Shown here piece after piece: positions 19,430 to 28,848 of a stretch of 64,000 nt of DNA. Source of the stretch: Myxococcota bacterium (GTDB lineage Bacteria; Myxococcota_A; UBA9160; UBA6930). The notes below the pieces were generated by a model that worked only from the letters and a program-made list of their open reading frames with translations, had not been told where the DNA came from and did no database searches. The stretch is taken from positions 2,144,001 to 2,208,000 of the forward strand of contig OZ245015.1 in the NCBI GenBank assembly GCA_965223705.1. The letters are read 5' to 3'. How positions within the stretch are numbered: position 1 is the stretch's first letter; each line of letters begins with the position of its first letter. Both the position numbers and the translations under genes were made by a program.

Positions 19430-19448
19430 AGGTGACGGAAAAAGTCAC
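19430..19448. promoter_or_regulatory. Candidate operator AGGTGACGGA..GTCAC upstream of PEP-CTERM gene
   Basis: GTGAC-N7-GTCAC inverted repeat; AGGTGACGGA recurs at 40976-40985 upstream of another PEP-CTERM gene. Confidence 0.35.
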
Positions 19449-19496
19449 TTTGTGACGAAAAACACCCGTTTTTTACCCGCGGGGGTTGCGACCTGG

Positions 19497-20954
19497 TTAC
19501 TCGGACGAGAGGTCGAGGGCTGAACGCCCGAGAAGCCGTTCGGCCAGTTCGGCGGGATGGACGGCGCTGACGAAGCGGCCCGGTCCCGCGCGGGGATCGC
19601 CGGGCAAAGCTCCGGTCGGGCCACTCAGCACAGCAGCCCGGTCACGGCCCGCCTCGAGGACCAAAAGCACCGCACATCGCTCAAGGCCCCCGAAGAGATC
19701 GAGCACATCGCTGAGAGCCGCGATGGCGGGCTCGAGGCGCTCGACGGGGCGGGGAACGCTGCTCCTGAAGTCGAGCAGGAGGGCAAAAGGTCTAGCTGCG
19801 AGTTTCTCCGGGCTCGAGAGGAGCCAGGCTTTCGCCGACGCGACCAGGGACGTCGGCGTACGGAAGCCTTCGCGAGGACCCACCCCGGTCGCGCGCACAA
19901 TACGGCCCACGCTCGTGCGCTGTCCGCCCGCCGCGAGCCAAGCGCCCGTTCCAGGCTGCCAGTCGTGATGTGCGGCGCCGCCGGACCGGCCGAACTCCGT
20001 GACGAATTCGGCGGTGGCGTGGCTGTCCCGAGACCATCGCTCGAAGAGTGCCGCGCCGTCGCGCCGGGTCAGCCACTCGGGGATCCGCGCTTCGCGCTCA
20101 GCGACTTTCGGCACGTCCTCGAAAACGACGCCGCGCGCTTCGAGGAGGCTCAAGGTCGGCGTGTCGAAGCTCAGGTTTCGAAGCGCAGCGGGCGGTACAG
20201 ACCACGCGAGGACCACGACGTGCGGACCGGGGTGCGGTTCGGAAAGGAGCCGCGCTTCGGAAAAAGCCCACGGGAGAAGCGAAGGGCCGAGAGCGATCCC
20301 GCAGCCCGCGGCCAGTGCCAGACGCGCCGAACGCGCCCAGCTCCGGGACGGACGCGTGTTGTGCTTCATCCACTCGAGCCCGGCGAGCGAGAGGGCGAGA
20401 AGCAGCGCGATCCCCGTGGCGATCGTCGCGAATCGCCGATCGGAGACCGCCGCGTGTTCGCTCAGCGCGACGAAGGCGGCGCACAGGGTCCAGACCCAGG
20501 GGCCCGGCGGAGGAAGCGCCGCACGCTCGAGCTGCACGCCAGCCCGCGCACCGAGGAAACTCGCGAGGCCCGCGGCGGCGAAGGTCGCAGTCGCGTAGAG
20601 CAGCCCGGCCAGCGCGCTTTGGCGCGCCGCCTCGATGCCCGCTCCGGCGGCGACGAACAACAACAGCGGCCCGAGGGTTGCGCCGACCAGCTCCGAGCGG
20701 GTCGGAGACCGGAGGCGGCTCCAGAGGAAACCCGCCCCAAGGCACAGCACCGCCAGCCCGACTGCGGCACCGAGCAGCACCGCAAGCGCCATGGCCATGG
20801 ACGGTGACTCGCCGCGCAACCAGAGGAGCAACAGCTCGCTCGCACCGAGCACCGCACCGAGGAAGGTCCCGGCGTAGCACCAGTCTCGGCGCCGCGGGAG
20901 GGACGGGAGCCAGCGGCGGGCAGCGGCGCCCTCGATCGGCGCGCTGGCGGTCAT
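19497..20954 (-). CDS. Membrane protein with degenerate sulfatase/alkaline-phosphatase-like C-terminal domain
   Basis: About 7 TMs, then PHVVVL..DTPTLSLLEARGVVFEDV, HATAEFV, AWL..RPFALLL; no CxPxR or SDHG. Confidence 0.55.
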   Translation of the reverse strand: MTASAPIEGAAARRWLPSLPRRRDWCYAGTFLGAVLGASELLLLWLRGESPSMAMALAVLLGAAVGLAVLCLGAGFLWSRLRSPTRSELVGATLGPLLLFVAAGAGIEAARQSALAGLLYATATFAAAGLASFLGARAGVQLERAALPPPGPWVWTLCAAFVALSEHAAVSDRRFATIATGIALLLALSLAGLEWMKHNTRPSRSWARSARLALAAGCGIALGPSLLPWAFSEARLLSEPHPGPHVVVLAWSVPPAALRNLSFDTPTLSLLEARGVVFEDVPKVAEREARIPEWLTRRDGAALFERWSRDSHATAEFVTEFGRSGGAAHHDWQPGTGAWLAAGGQRTSVGRIVRATGVGPREGFRTPTSLVASAKAWLLSSPEKLAARPFALLLDFRSSVPRPVERLEPAIAALSDVLDLFGGLERCAVLLVLEAGRDRAAVLSGPTGALPGDPRAGPGRFVSAVHPAELAERLLGRSALDLSSE

Positions 20955-21002
20955 GGTGGTGTCGGGCGGGGGCGCTCTCGCCGTGCGGCGGCTCGCCCGG
21001 GA

Positions 21003-23159
21003 CTACGGGGTGTCGGAATCGTCGGCACTCGGCTCACCGTAGGCGTAGCGCGAGTAGGCGTCATAGTAGTAGAACCGCTCGAAGGAACCCGGGCTCACCT
21101 GGTTGAAGACCACACCGGCGACGTCCCGCATGTCGGCCATCGATCGCAACACCGCGTCTCGAGGCGTCGCGTCAGCGCGAACCACGAACAGCACGAGGTC
21201 GGCGAGCCGCTTCATGAGTTTCGTATCGACCACCGGCAATAGCGGCGGCGAGTCGATGAACACGACGTCGTAGCGCTGCTTCGCTTCTTCGAGAACTGCG
21301 AGAAAGCGATCGCTGGTCAACAACGCGAGGGGGTTGCGAACCGAGGGGCCCGCCGGAAGCACGGACAGATTCGGGATCGTCGTTCGAACGGCACCTTCCT
21401 CGAGATCGAGCTGATTCTTCAGGACGTTTGAAAGGCCCTGTCTACGGCTGATGCGGACCAGACGATGCGCGGTCGGTCTTCGCAAGTCGGCGTCGATGAG
21501 AAGGGTGTTTCGGTCGAGGTCGCAAGCGAATGTCAGCGCCAAGTTCATCGTGGTCAGCGACTTGCCGTCGCCGCGCTGCGCACTCGTCACCAGGACGACG
21601 CGACGTTTTTCGTCCTCGAGAAAAATCGGCGCGAAGCCGCGGTATTGCTCCGCCGGTGCGGACTCCGGCGCGGTGTAGACCACGAGGCGCGGATCGACAT
21701 CACCCGACGGCGGGTCGACGTAGATGCGGTCGTTCTCGATCTTCGGAATCGAAGCGACCACGGGGAGGCCGATCGTTCGGGCGAGCTTCGACACCGAGCG
21801 AAACGCCGGGTTTCGGAACTCCTGCAGCGCAATGAAGAGACCTGTAACCAGCAAGCCCAGTGCGAGGCCTCCGGGCAGCGTCAAGCGGATATCTGGAAAG
21901 CTCGGCAGCTTCGGAACGCGCGCCGGTCGCAGCACTTTGAAGCGCTCTCCCTTCTGTGCTTGTTCCAAGTTGCGCGCGATGGCCGCTTCGTACTTTTTCG
22001 AGAGGAGCGTCTGGTAGGTTTCGGTGAGCTCGGTGTAGTCCCGCGTCAGATTGCGCATCTCCTCCTCTCGGGCGGGAGTCTGGGCGACGCGGCCCTCGAG
22101 GAGTTGGATCTGTTCGACGAGTAGATCCTCGCGACGCCGAAGCTTCGTCGCATCGATCTGCGCAGCTTCGATTTCCTGCACGAGCCCCATCACGATCGGG
22201 TCGGCGTTGAAATTCCCGGAACCCGAGGCGCTTTCCCGCATTCGGTCCTCGAGCGCCGCGACTTCGCGGCGCAGCGAGATGACGTTCGGGTGTTCCGGGG
22301 TGTAGACGCCTTCTGCGCTCAAGAGCCTCGCTCGCGCATCGTCGAGTTGGCGCGCCAGCGCCGAGCCGCCGCCACCCGAGCCGCGCAGCGTCTGTAGCTG
22401 TCGCCGGAGAAGCGCGATTCGTTGGGCGACCGACTCGCGGCCCTCGAGTATGGACGCGAGCTCGGAGTTCATCCGGTCGAGGCTCCGCAGGTTCGACTCC
22501 AGCTGCTCGGGCAGGGCTCCCATCCGCGTCTGCCGGAAGTCCCGGAGCTTGGTCTCGTGTTCGACGACTTGTTGGCGGATCCTCTCGAGCTCCCGGTCTA
22601 GGAACTCGGCCGTGGAGCTCGCGGCCTTGGTGCGGTCCTTGATGTTCTCGGCGATGAACAGGCTCGCGATCTCGCGCGTGATCTCCGCGACGAGCTCGGG
22701 TTCCTTGCCTTCGAAACTCACCTCGAACACCGCGGCGGATCGCGAGCGATCGGAAAAGCGGCTTCCCTTGATCGTGACGTCCAAGTTGCCTCGGATCTGT
22801 CGCATCAGCGCTTCACGGGTGCGCTTGCCGCTCGGGTCCAGGCGCTCGGCCGAGATGCGGTCGATCAACTCGTTCAGGTTGTTGTAGCTCGTGACCCGTT
22901 CATTCAGCGTTTGGAGGCGCTGACCGATTTCGATGCGCACGGTCGGGCGGACGAAATCGACGGGCACTTCCTGGGGCTCGACCAAGATCGTTGTGTTGGC
23001 CCGGTAGACCGGGGGGAGCACCAAATATGCTGTCAGGCCGAGCAGGAGCCCCACGACCGCGCCGATGATGATGAGCTTTCGGCGACGTTCGAGAATCTCG
23101 AAGATGTCTTCGAGGTCGAACGAGGGGCCTTGGTGCGACGAGTCTTGCAAAAAAGTCAA
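21003..23159 (-). CDS. wzc: Wzc-type polysaccharide co-polymerase/BY-kinase fusion
   Basis: Two TMs around coiled coil, Walker A TSAQRGDGKS, IDADLR, IDSPP, C-terminal Tyr cluster FYYYDAYSRYAY. Confidence 0.9.
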   Translation of the reverse strand: MTFLQDSSHQGPSFDLEDIFEILERRRKLIIIGAVVGLLLGLTAYLVLPPVYRANTTILVEPQEVPVDFVRPTVRIEIGQRLQTLNERVTSYNNLNELIDRISAERLDPSGKRTREALMRQIRGNLDVTIKGSRFSDRSRSAAVFEVSFEGKEPELVAEITREIASLFIAENIKDRTKAASSTAEFLDRELERIRQQVVEHETKLRDFRQTRMGALPEQLESNLRSLDRMNSELASILEGRESVAQRIALLRRQLQTLRGSGGGGSALARQLDDARARLLSAEGVYTPEHPNVISLRREVAALEDRMRESASGSGNFNADPIVMGLVQEIEAAQIDATKLRRREDLLVEQIQLLEGRVAQTPAREEEMRNLTRDYTELTETYQTLLSKKYEAAIARNLEQAQKGERFKVLRPARVPKLPSFPDIRLTLPGGLALGLLVTGLFIALQEFRNPAFRSVSKLARTIGLPVVASIPKIENDRIYVDPPSGDVDPRLVVYTAPESAPAEQYRGFAPIFLEDEKRRVVLVTSAQRGDGKSLTTMNLALTFACDLDRNTLLIDADLRRPTAHRLVRISRRQGLSNVLKNQLDLEEGAVRTTIPNLSVLPAGPSVRNPLALLTSDRFLAVLEEAKQRYDVVFIDSPPLLPVVDTKLMKRLADLVLFVVRADATPRDAVLRSMADMRDVAGVVFNQVSPGSFERFYYYDAYSRYAYGEPSADDSDTP

Positions 23160-23202
23160 TCCGTGCGGTGGAAGGCGTTCAAGCGGTCGCGACAGGAACG
23201 CG

Positions 23203-24096
23203 CTACGGCGTCCGCGTCTCCGTAGGGGGCTCGAGCTTCGTTATCGGCAGTCGGTCCGCGCGCTCAAGCCGCTGGAGAACTTCCCCCACGGGGGAAAAAT
23301 CGTGTTCTCGCAGCAGTGCCCGTAAGCGACCTTCCGTCTGGTCGAGGTTGAAATAGTGGTTGATGCGCGTCTTCCACGTCACTTGTTGACGCGGCTGGCC
23401 CGGATCGAGTTCCCACGGATGCAAATAAAGAATCGCGGGCTCGCCGCTCCGGGTCACCCGGCGGAAGGCCCAACGAAACCAGGACGCGGGGATGAATCGC
23501 AGGTAGGCGCCTCCCGCCAGCGGAAGGTTCAGGCCGGCGACGCGAAGCGTCGTCAGCGGAAATTCCTGCAGCGTCCGGCCGTCGCCCAAGTCGAGTTTCA
23601 CCGGACGGCGCGCGAAGCTCGGGATCCCGTAACGGTGGTGGCGAATCGGAAAGATCGAGGAGTCGTAGCGGAAGCCCTCGTCGGCGAGGATCTGCAGCGC
23701 CCAAAGCGAACGTTCGGTAATCGAGTAGCTCGGCGCCCGGTACCCCTCGACGCTCACTCCCGCCGCCTGTTGGATCGCGTCGCGCGAGCGCCTTAGGTCG
23801 TCGATGAACTTTTCCGGGCCCAGGTTGTAGACCAACTCGTGGTCGTAGCCGTGACACGCGAGTTCGTGGCCGCGATCCGCGATGGTTCTGACGAGCCCGG
23901 GATGGCGATCCGCGAGCCAGCCAAGACAGAAAAAGGTCGCGTGTTGGTCGCGCTCCTCAAAGGCATCGAGCAGTCGAAGCGTGGTCCCCTCGACGCGCGA
24001 CGGGAGTGAGTCCCAATCGCTGCGTGCGATCAAGTGATCGAAGTTCGATACCTGGAAATACTCCTCGAGATCGATCGAGAGAGCGCTGGGAATCAC
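23203..24096 (-). CDS. Polysaccharide deacetylase, PEP-CTERM-locus subfamily
   Basis: ALSIDLEEYFQV, HELACHGYDH, GYRAPSYS, YDSSIFP, YLHPWE. Confidence 0.9.
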   Translation of the reverse strand: MIPSALSIDLEEYFQVSNFDHLIARSDWDSLPSRVEGTTLRLLDAFEERDQHATFFCLGWLADRHPGLVRTIADRGHELACHGYDHELVYNLGPEKFIDDLRRSRDAIQQAAGVSVEGYRAPSYSITERSLWALQILADEGFRYDSSIFPIRHHRYGIPSFARRPVKLDLGDGRTLQEFPLTTLRVAGLNLPLAGGAYLRFIPASWFRWAFRRVTRSGEPAILYLHPWELDPGQPRQQVTWKTRINHYFNLDQTEGRLRALLREHDFSPVGEVLQRLERADRLPITKLEPPTETRTP

Positions 24097-25475
24097 TAGA
24101 GACCTCGCAAGAGAACGACCGTTTTGATGGTCTTCCACAGAATCAGGAGATCCATGCCCAGGCTTCGGTACTTGAGGTAGTAGAAGTCGAGGGCGAGCTT
24201 CTGTTCCACATCCTCGACGTCGTTCACGTACCCCTCGCGAATTTGGGCCCAGCCCGTGATGCCGGGCGGCACTGCGGAGCGCGCGCGGAAGTAGGGGTAT
24301 CGCTCGGCCAGCATGTCGACGAACTCCGGTCGCTCCGGACGCGGCCCGACGAGGCTCATGTCACCGCGAAGAACGTTCCAAAGCTGGGGGAGTTCGTCGA
24401 GACGACACGGGCGAATGAAGCGCCCGACGCGCGTAATGCGGTCGTCCGACGCGCCCGCGGCCCAGACGGCGCCCGTGTGCCGCTCGGCGTCATCTCGCAT
24501 GGATCGAAGCTTCCATACCCGGAATGGAATGCCGCCGCGCCCGACCCGAACCTGCCCGAAGAAGACGGGCCCGGGGGAGTCGATCTTGATCGCGATCGCG
24601 GCGAGCCCGATCAGGGGCGCGGCGATCAGCAAGCCGATGGCGGATGCAGCGATATCGAGCACGCGTTTGGTCGCCATGCTGAGCGGGCCGAGAGCGAAAC
24701 CGTCGTTGAAGATGAGGTAGCTTGGCCGAAGCTCGCGGAGGTAGATCCTGCCCGTGACCCGCTCGTAGAAAGCCACCCCGGAATCGATCGGCGTCGCGAG
24801 CAGCTTCTGGCGAAGCAAGTCCTCCGCGGGGAAGTGTTCGTCGCGACGCTTCGACGCGACCACGATGCGGTCGATGTCGAGTTTTTCGAGAAGCTTTCCG
24901 AGTTCGTCGACCCGCCCGATCACGGGACAGCCCTCGATCCAGGCGCCTTGATCGTCGATGTCGTCGGACAGGAATCCGATGATCTCGGTACCCAGGTTCG
25001 GCCGGCTCTGGACGGAACGAGCGATCGCCCGGGACAGGTCGCTGTTTCCGATGAGGAGTACCCGCCGCGTCAGTCGCGACCAGGTCGAAACGCCGCGGAA
25101 CACCAGCCGTCCGAGCAGGAGCAACGGCGCGTAGAAGCCCGCGAAGCGAGCCACTGTCTCCTGACTACCCGCCGGAAACTCGACCACCAGGCCCAAGGTC
25201 AGGCTGCCAAAGGCTGCGACCCCAGCGGCGACGCTGATCGAGAGCAGGGTGCGTCGTCCACTGCCGAGAACGCCGAGACCGTAGGCGTCCGTGTAGTAGA
25301 GGAGGGTGAAGCAAAGGATCCCACCCGCGACGCAAGCGGCCGAAAAGACGGCCAGCGTGAACGGCGGGGAGAAGAGGTGCCAGACCAGCACCCCGGCGAT
25401 GACGAATGCGGCGGTGTCGAGGCCGACCGCCGCGAGGACCCGCCAAATGTAGATGTTTCCTAAGTAATACCGCAT
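24096..25475 (-). CDS. Priming polyprenyl-phosphate sugar phosphotransferase (PEP-CTERM-system type)
   Basis: KRVLDI, IKIDSPGPVFF, KLRSM, LDELPQLWNVLRGDMSLVGPRPERP, PGITGWAQ. Confidence 0.93.
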   Translation of the reverse strand: MRYYLGNIYIWRVLAAVGLDTAAFVIAGVLVWHLFSPPFTLAVFSAACVAGGILCFTLLYYTDAYGLGVLGSGRRTLLSISVAAGVAAFGSLTLGLVVEFPAGSQETVARFAGFYAPLLLLGRLVFRGVSTWSRLTRRVLLIGNSDLSRAIARSVQSRPNLGTEIIGFLSDDIDDQGAWIEGCPVIGRVDELGKLLEKLDIDRIVVASKRRDEHFPAEDLLRQKLLATPIDSGVAFYERVTGRIYLRELRPSYLIFNDGFALGPLSMATKRVLDIAASAIGLLIAAPLIGLAAIAIKIDSPGPVFFGQVRVGRGGIPFRVWKLRSMRDDAERHTGAVWAAGASDDRITRVGRFIRPCRLDELPQLWNVLRGDMSLVGPRPERPEFVDMLAERYPYFRARSAVPPGITGWAQIREGYVNDVEDVEQKLALDFYYLKYRSLGMDLLILWKTIKTVVLLRGL

Positions 25476-25633
25476 GACTCGCTGCTTCTACGTCGACAAC
25501 TGGAACCGGCCGAGTCCGCCGGTTGGGGGGCGGAACTGAACGGCGTCGCCTGCTGCGACGCCGATCGGGCTCGAAGTATTCGGGGGCAAAATACCACTGA
25601 AGTGTAACCCTCGTACGCCCCGAGGGGGTTAGC

Positions 25634-26353
25634 CTAGCGGCCGGTCACGACGCGCGTCGAGACGCTCGTCCCGAAGCCGAGCAACTGCTGGAACGGGAAC
25701 AGGAGGCTCTGAATCCCGTAGCCGACGGTCGCGGTGCCGGTGGGCGGGGCGTAAATGATGTCGCCACCCTCGAGGAAGATATTCGTCGACAAGTCGCCGT
25801 TCCGGATCGCTTCGACGTTGACCAGATAGACGTTCGTCGAGTTGTCGCCCGACCGGATGACGCGGATTTCACGCCGCTTTGCGAAGTTCGTCAAACCGCC
25901 CACAGCGCCGATCGCTTCGATGACTCGGGTTTCCCGCTCGAGCGGGAACACGCTCGGATTAAACACCTCGCCGAGCACGGTAATTTCGGTACTGCGGGAA
26001 ACGGCGAGCGCGACGGTTACGCTCGCGTCGCGCTTGTAGCGGGAGATGCGCGTCTGAATGTCCGCGGCGATTTCTTCGGTGGTGCGGCCGGCGACGGGAA
26101 CATCGCCGAGGAGATCGACGGAGATCATGCCGTCGGGTCGCACCGTGACGGTTCTCTCGATGACGGGCTCGGGGAGTATCGCGATGGTGAGTTGGTCCGG
26201 CGGCCTCACGCGGTACGTCTCGACCGATTTTCCCGGAAGCGGAGGCGGCGCACCGGGGCTCTTTCCCGAACACGCTCCCGCAAAGATCAGGACGAGAAAC
26301 GCGAGCGTCGCGATGCTCCAATGACTCGCGGTGCGATGGTTCTTTGCGTTCAT
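25634..26353 (-). CDS. wza: Polysaccharide export lipoprotein (OPX/Wza)
   Basis: Lipobox AGAC, YRVRPPDQL, VRPDGMIS..LLGDVPVAGRT, SLBB motif VLGEVFNP. Confidence 0.9.
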   Translation of the reverse strand: MNAKNHRTASHWSIATLAFLVLIFAGACSGKSPGAPPPLPGKSVETYRVRPPDQLTIAILPEPVIERTVTVRPDGMISVDLLGDVPVAGRTTEEIAADIQTRISRYKRDASVTVALAVSRSTEITVLGEVFNPSVFPLERETRVIEAIGAVGGLTNFAKRREIRVIRSGDNSTNVYLVNVEAIRNGDLSTNIFLEGGDIIYAPPTGTATVGYGIQSLLFPFQQLLGFGTSVSTRVVTGR

Positions 26354-26524
26354 GTGCGTATGCCTCTCCTCTCGGGTAACACAGAAACCCTGTTATACTC
26401 GCCGGCTCCGAGCGGGGCCAACACTCTTTGTGGGCTTCTCCTCCAGCCGCCCGCCAACGCTCGTCGAATCGGCTCTTAGCGGCTCTACCTATACTTCGAT
26501 TCGAATCGTGTCGATGATGGATCC

Positions 26525-27556
26525 ATGAAAATCGAGCGTTACGGGGAGCCCCCCTCTAGCTGGGACACGTACGTCGAGGCACACCCCGGCGCTCATCTCT
26601 CTCATGCGAGCGCTTGGGCGCAGGTATTTCACACCGTCTATGGATTGGAACCTGTGTACCTCACGGCGACGACTCCAGAGGGTGCGGTGTGTGGGGTTCT
26701 GCCCCTGATTCGCGTGCGAACTTGGGCGGGCCGACACCGATGGATCTCGATGCCGTACCTCGACGGGGGAGGCGTCTTGGCCGACGACCGAGAAGTCGAA
26801 CGATCCCTGCTCGAGGAAGCGCTGACGCTCGCGAAGGGAGATGACACACGGGAGGTCGAGTTGCGTCAGCTCGCGCAGCTCGAGACCGTGGCGCACGAGG
26901 CCCTCGAAGGGCGCGTGCGGATGTTGCTCACGTTGGCCGACAACGAAGAGGCCCAGTGGAGCGCGCTGCGCGCGAAAGTGCGCAACCAGACCCGGAAAGC
27001 CGAGCGCGCAGGCCTCGCTCTTCTCACCGACCCGGCGGTGGGCGATTTCTACGCGCCCTTCGCCGTCAACATGCGCGACCTGGGTACCCCGCCGCACCCG
27101 GCGCGCTTTTTTGAAGCGGCGGCCCGCGCGTTTGGTGATCGGTTTCGCTTCGTCGTCACCGGCGACGGGGGACGCTCCGTCGGCGGCCTTGTGGCGATCG
27201 ATTTTGCCGGTGTCGTGAGCGTTCCTTGGGCGGCGACGCGACGAGAAGAGAGAGCGCGTTGCCCCAACAATCAAATCTATTGGGAAGCGCTCCGCTGGGC
27301 GATCGCGCGCGGCGCGCGTCGGTTCGATTTCGGCCGCTCCCACCGTGATGCGGGCACGCATCGCTTCAAGAAGGGGTGGGGCGCCCTCGAGGAACCGCTT
27401 CACTGGGTGCGGATCACCGACGATGGCGACCACACAGCGCCGCCGGCCGAAGCGGACCGCCCACTCCTTCGGTGGGCATCGCGGGCGTGGCAGCGCTTGC
27501 CACTCGGGGTCGCGAACTGGCTCGGTCCAAAAATTCGACCGCACTTGCTGAGTTAG
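26525..27556 (+). CDS. FemAB-like GNAT protein, PEP-CTERM-system associated
   Basis: SMPYLDGGG, KVRNQTRKA, NMRDLGTP, FDFGRS..GTHRFKKGWGA. Confidence 0.9.
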   Translation: MKIERYGEPPSSWDTYVEAHPGAHLSHASAWAQVFHTVYGLEPVYLTATTPEGAVCGVLPLIRVRTWAGRHRWISMPYLDGGGVLADDREVERSLLEEALTLAKGDDTREVELRQLAQLETVAHEALEGRVRMLLTLADNEEAQWSALRAKVRNQTRKAERAGLALLTDPAVGDFYAPFAVNMRDLGTPPHPARFFEAAARAFGDRFRFVVTGDGGRSVGGLVAIDFAGVVSVPWAATRREERARCPNNQIYWEALRWAIARGARRFDFGRSHRDAGTHRFKKGWGALEEPLHWVRITDDGDHTAPPAEADRPLLRWASRAWQRLPLGVANWLGPKIRPHLLS

Positions 27557-27572
27557 CGGGAGCGTTGTCCGA

Positions 27573-27917
27573 CTAAGAGCGCGCGCCGTTTCCAGGCGGT
27601 TCGCCCAAACGAAATTCGAAGATCGTGTGACCGATCTGCAACCGATCTCCGTCGGTCAAACCGCTCTGGCGAACGCGCTTGCCGTTCACCCGGAGTCCGT
27701 TCGTCGATTGGAGGTCCTCAATGGTGAACTCGTCCAACTCGCCGTCGTAAACGACGACGGCGTGTTCGCGGCTGATCCCCTCGTCGAGAAGGGTGATGTC
27801 CGTTGTGGGATTCCGGCCGATCAGCGTCTCCCCGTCTTTGATCGGGTAGAGCATGCCTTCGAAGCCACCGTTGCGAATCACCAACGCAGCACTGGGTTGT
27901 TTGCCATCTTCGGGCAA
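27573..27917 (-). CDS. FHA domain protein
   Basis: IGRN, ISREHA, DLQSTNG; start inferred at TTG after GGGGGA. Confidence 0.85.
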   Translation of the reverse strand: MPEDGKQPSAALVIRNGGFEGMLYPIKDGETLIGRNPTTDITLLDEGISREHAVVVYDGELDEFTIEDLQSTNGLRVNGKRVRQSGLTDGDRLQIGHTIFEFRLGEPPGNGARS

Positions 27918-27991
27918 GAGACGTCCCCCTGCCGGCGGTCGTTCACCGGACTCTTCGCCTATTCGGAGGGCCGACGCGCAGCCTTGACGGT

Positions 27992-28801
27992 TTAGAGGCG
28001 ACGGTGCGTCAGGCAGGGAAGCGCGGTGCGGGCCTGGCGCTGACTTTCGAGGTCGCAGGTCGCGAGGATCACCCCGGGCTGGTCGCCGGCTTGAGCGAGA
28101 ACGATGCCCCACGGATCGACGACGGCAGCCCGCCCGTAGCTGCGGCGCGTTTCGCTGTGTTGCCCGACCTGCGCCGGCGCCACGACGAAGGCTAAGTTCT
28201 CGATTGCCCGGGCGCGCAGCAGCACCGTCCAGTGATCACGCCCGGTTTCGGGCGCAAACGCGGCGGGGACGGTGAAGAACTCGGCGCCTTGCTCCGCGTA
28301 GTGCCGGTACAGTTCGGGAAAACGCAGGTCGTAACAGACCGACAAGCCGATTCGGCCGAACGGCGCGCGGACGGTCGTCGGTTTGTCGCCGGGGGCGATC
28401 GAATCCGATTCGCGGAAGGGTTGTCCCCCGCGCTTGCTGAGGTCCACATCGAACAAATGAATCTTTCTGTACACCCCGATCACGCAGCCCTCGGCGTCGA
28501 CCCACACGCTGGTGTTGTAGACACGATCCCCGTCACTTTTCTCCGGGAACGATCCTCCCAGGACGTGAACGCGGTGGTGCCGCGCCTGCTCTCGCAGAAA
28601 ACCGACGATCTCATCGTCGAGAGTCTGCGCGCACGGAAAGGGCATTCCCTCGCGTCGCAGGTAGGCGAAGTTCTCGGGCAGGGCGACCCAGGTTGCGCCG
28701 GCGGCGGCGCCTTCCTCGATCGCACGGCGCGCAAACGCGAGGTTCCGATCGACGTCTTGACCCGAATTCATTTGAACGACGGCTACGCGGATCGATGTCA
28801 T
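27992..28801 (-). CDS. Carbon-nitrogen hydrolase (Nit1/deaminated glutathione amidase-like)
   Basis: LPENF, YRKIHLFD, VCYDLRFPE triad, RARAIEN. Confidence 0.92.
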   Translation of the reverse strand: MTSIRVAVVQMNSGQDVDRNLAFARRAIEEGAAAGATWVALPENFAYLRREGMPFPCAQTLDDEIVGFLREQARHHRVHVLGGSFPEKSDGDRVYNTSVWVDAEGCVIGVYRKIHLFDVDLSKRGGQPFRESDSIAPGDKPTTVRAPFGRIGLSVCYDLRFPELYRHYAEQGAEFFTVPAAFAPETGRDHWTVLLRARAIENLAFVVAPAQVGQHSETRRSYGRAAVVDPWGIVLAQAGDQPGVILATCDLESQRQARTALPCLTHRRL

Positions 28802-28848
28802 CTTCGGAGGATAGCCGCCGCGCCGCCTTGCGAGGCGGCGAAAACCCG

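Noticed and set aside
25476..25633. Hairpins between wza and the priming GT (also 28821-28840 and 40918-40939) as a riboswitch or ncRNA
   Set aside because: Isolated GC-rich stems with no recognisable family motif and no ops/JUMPstart element.
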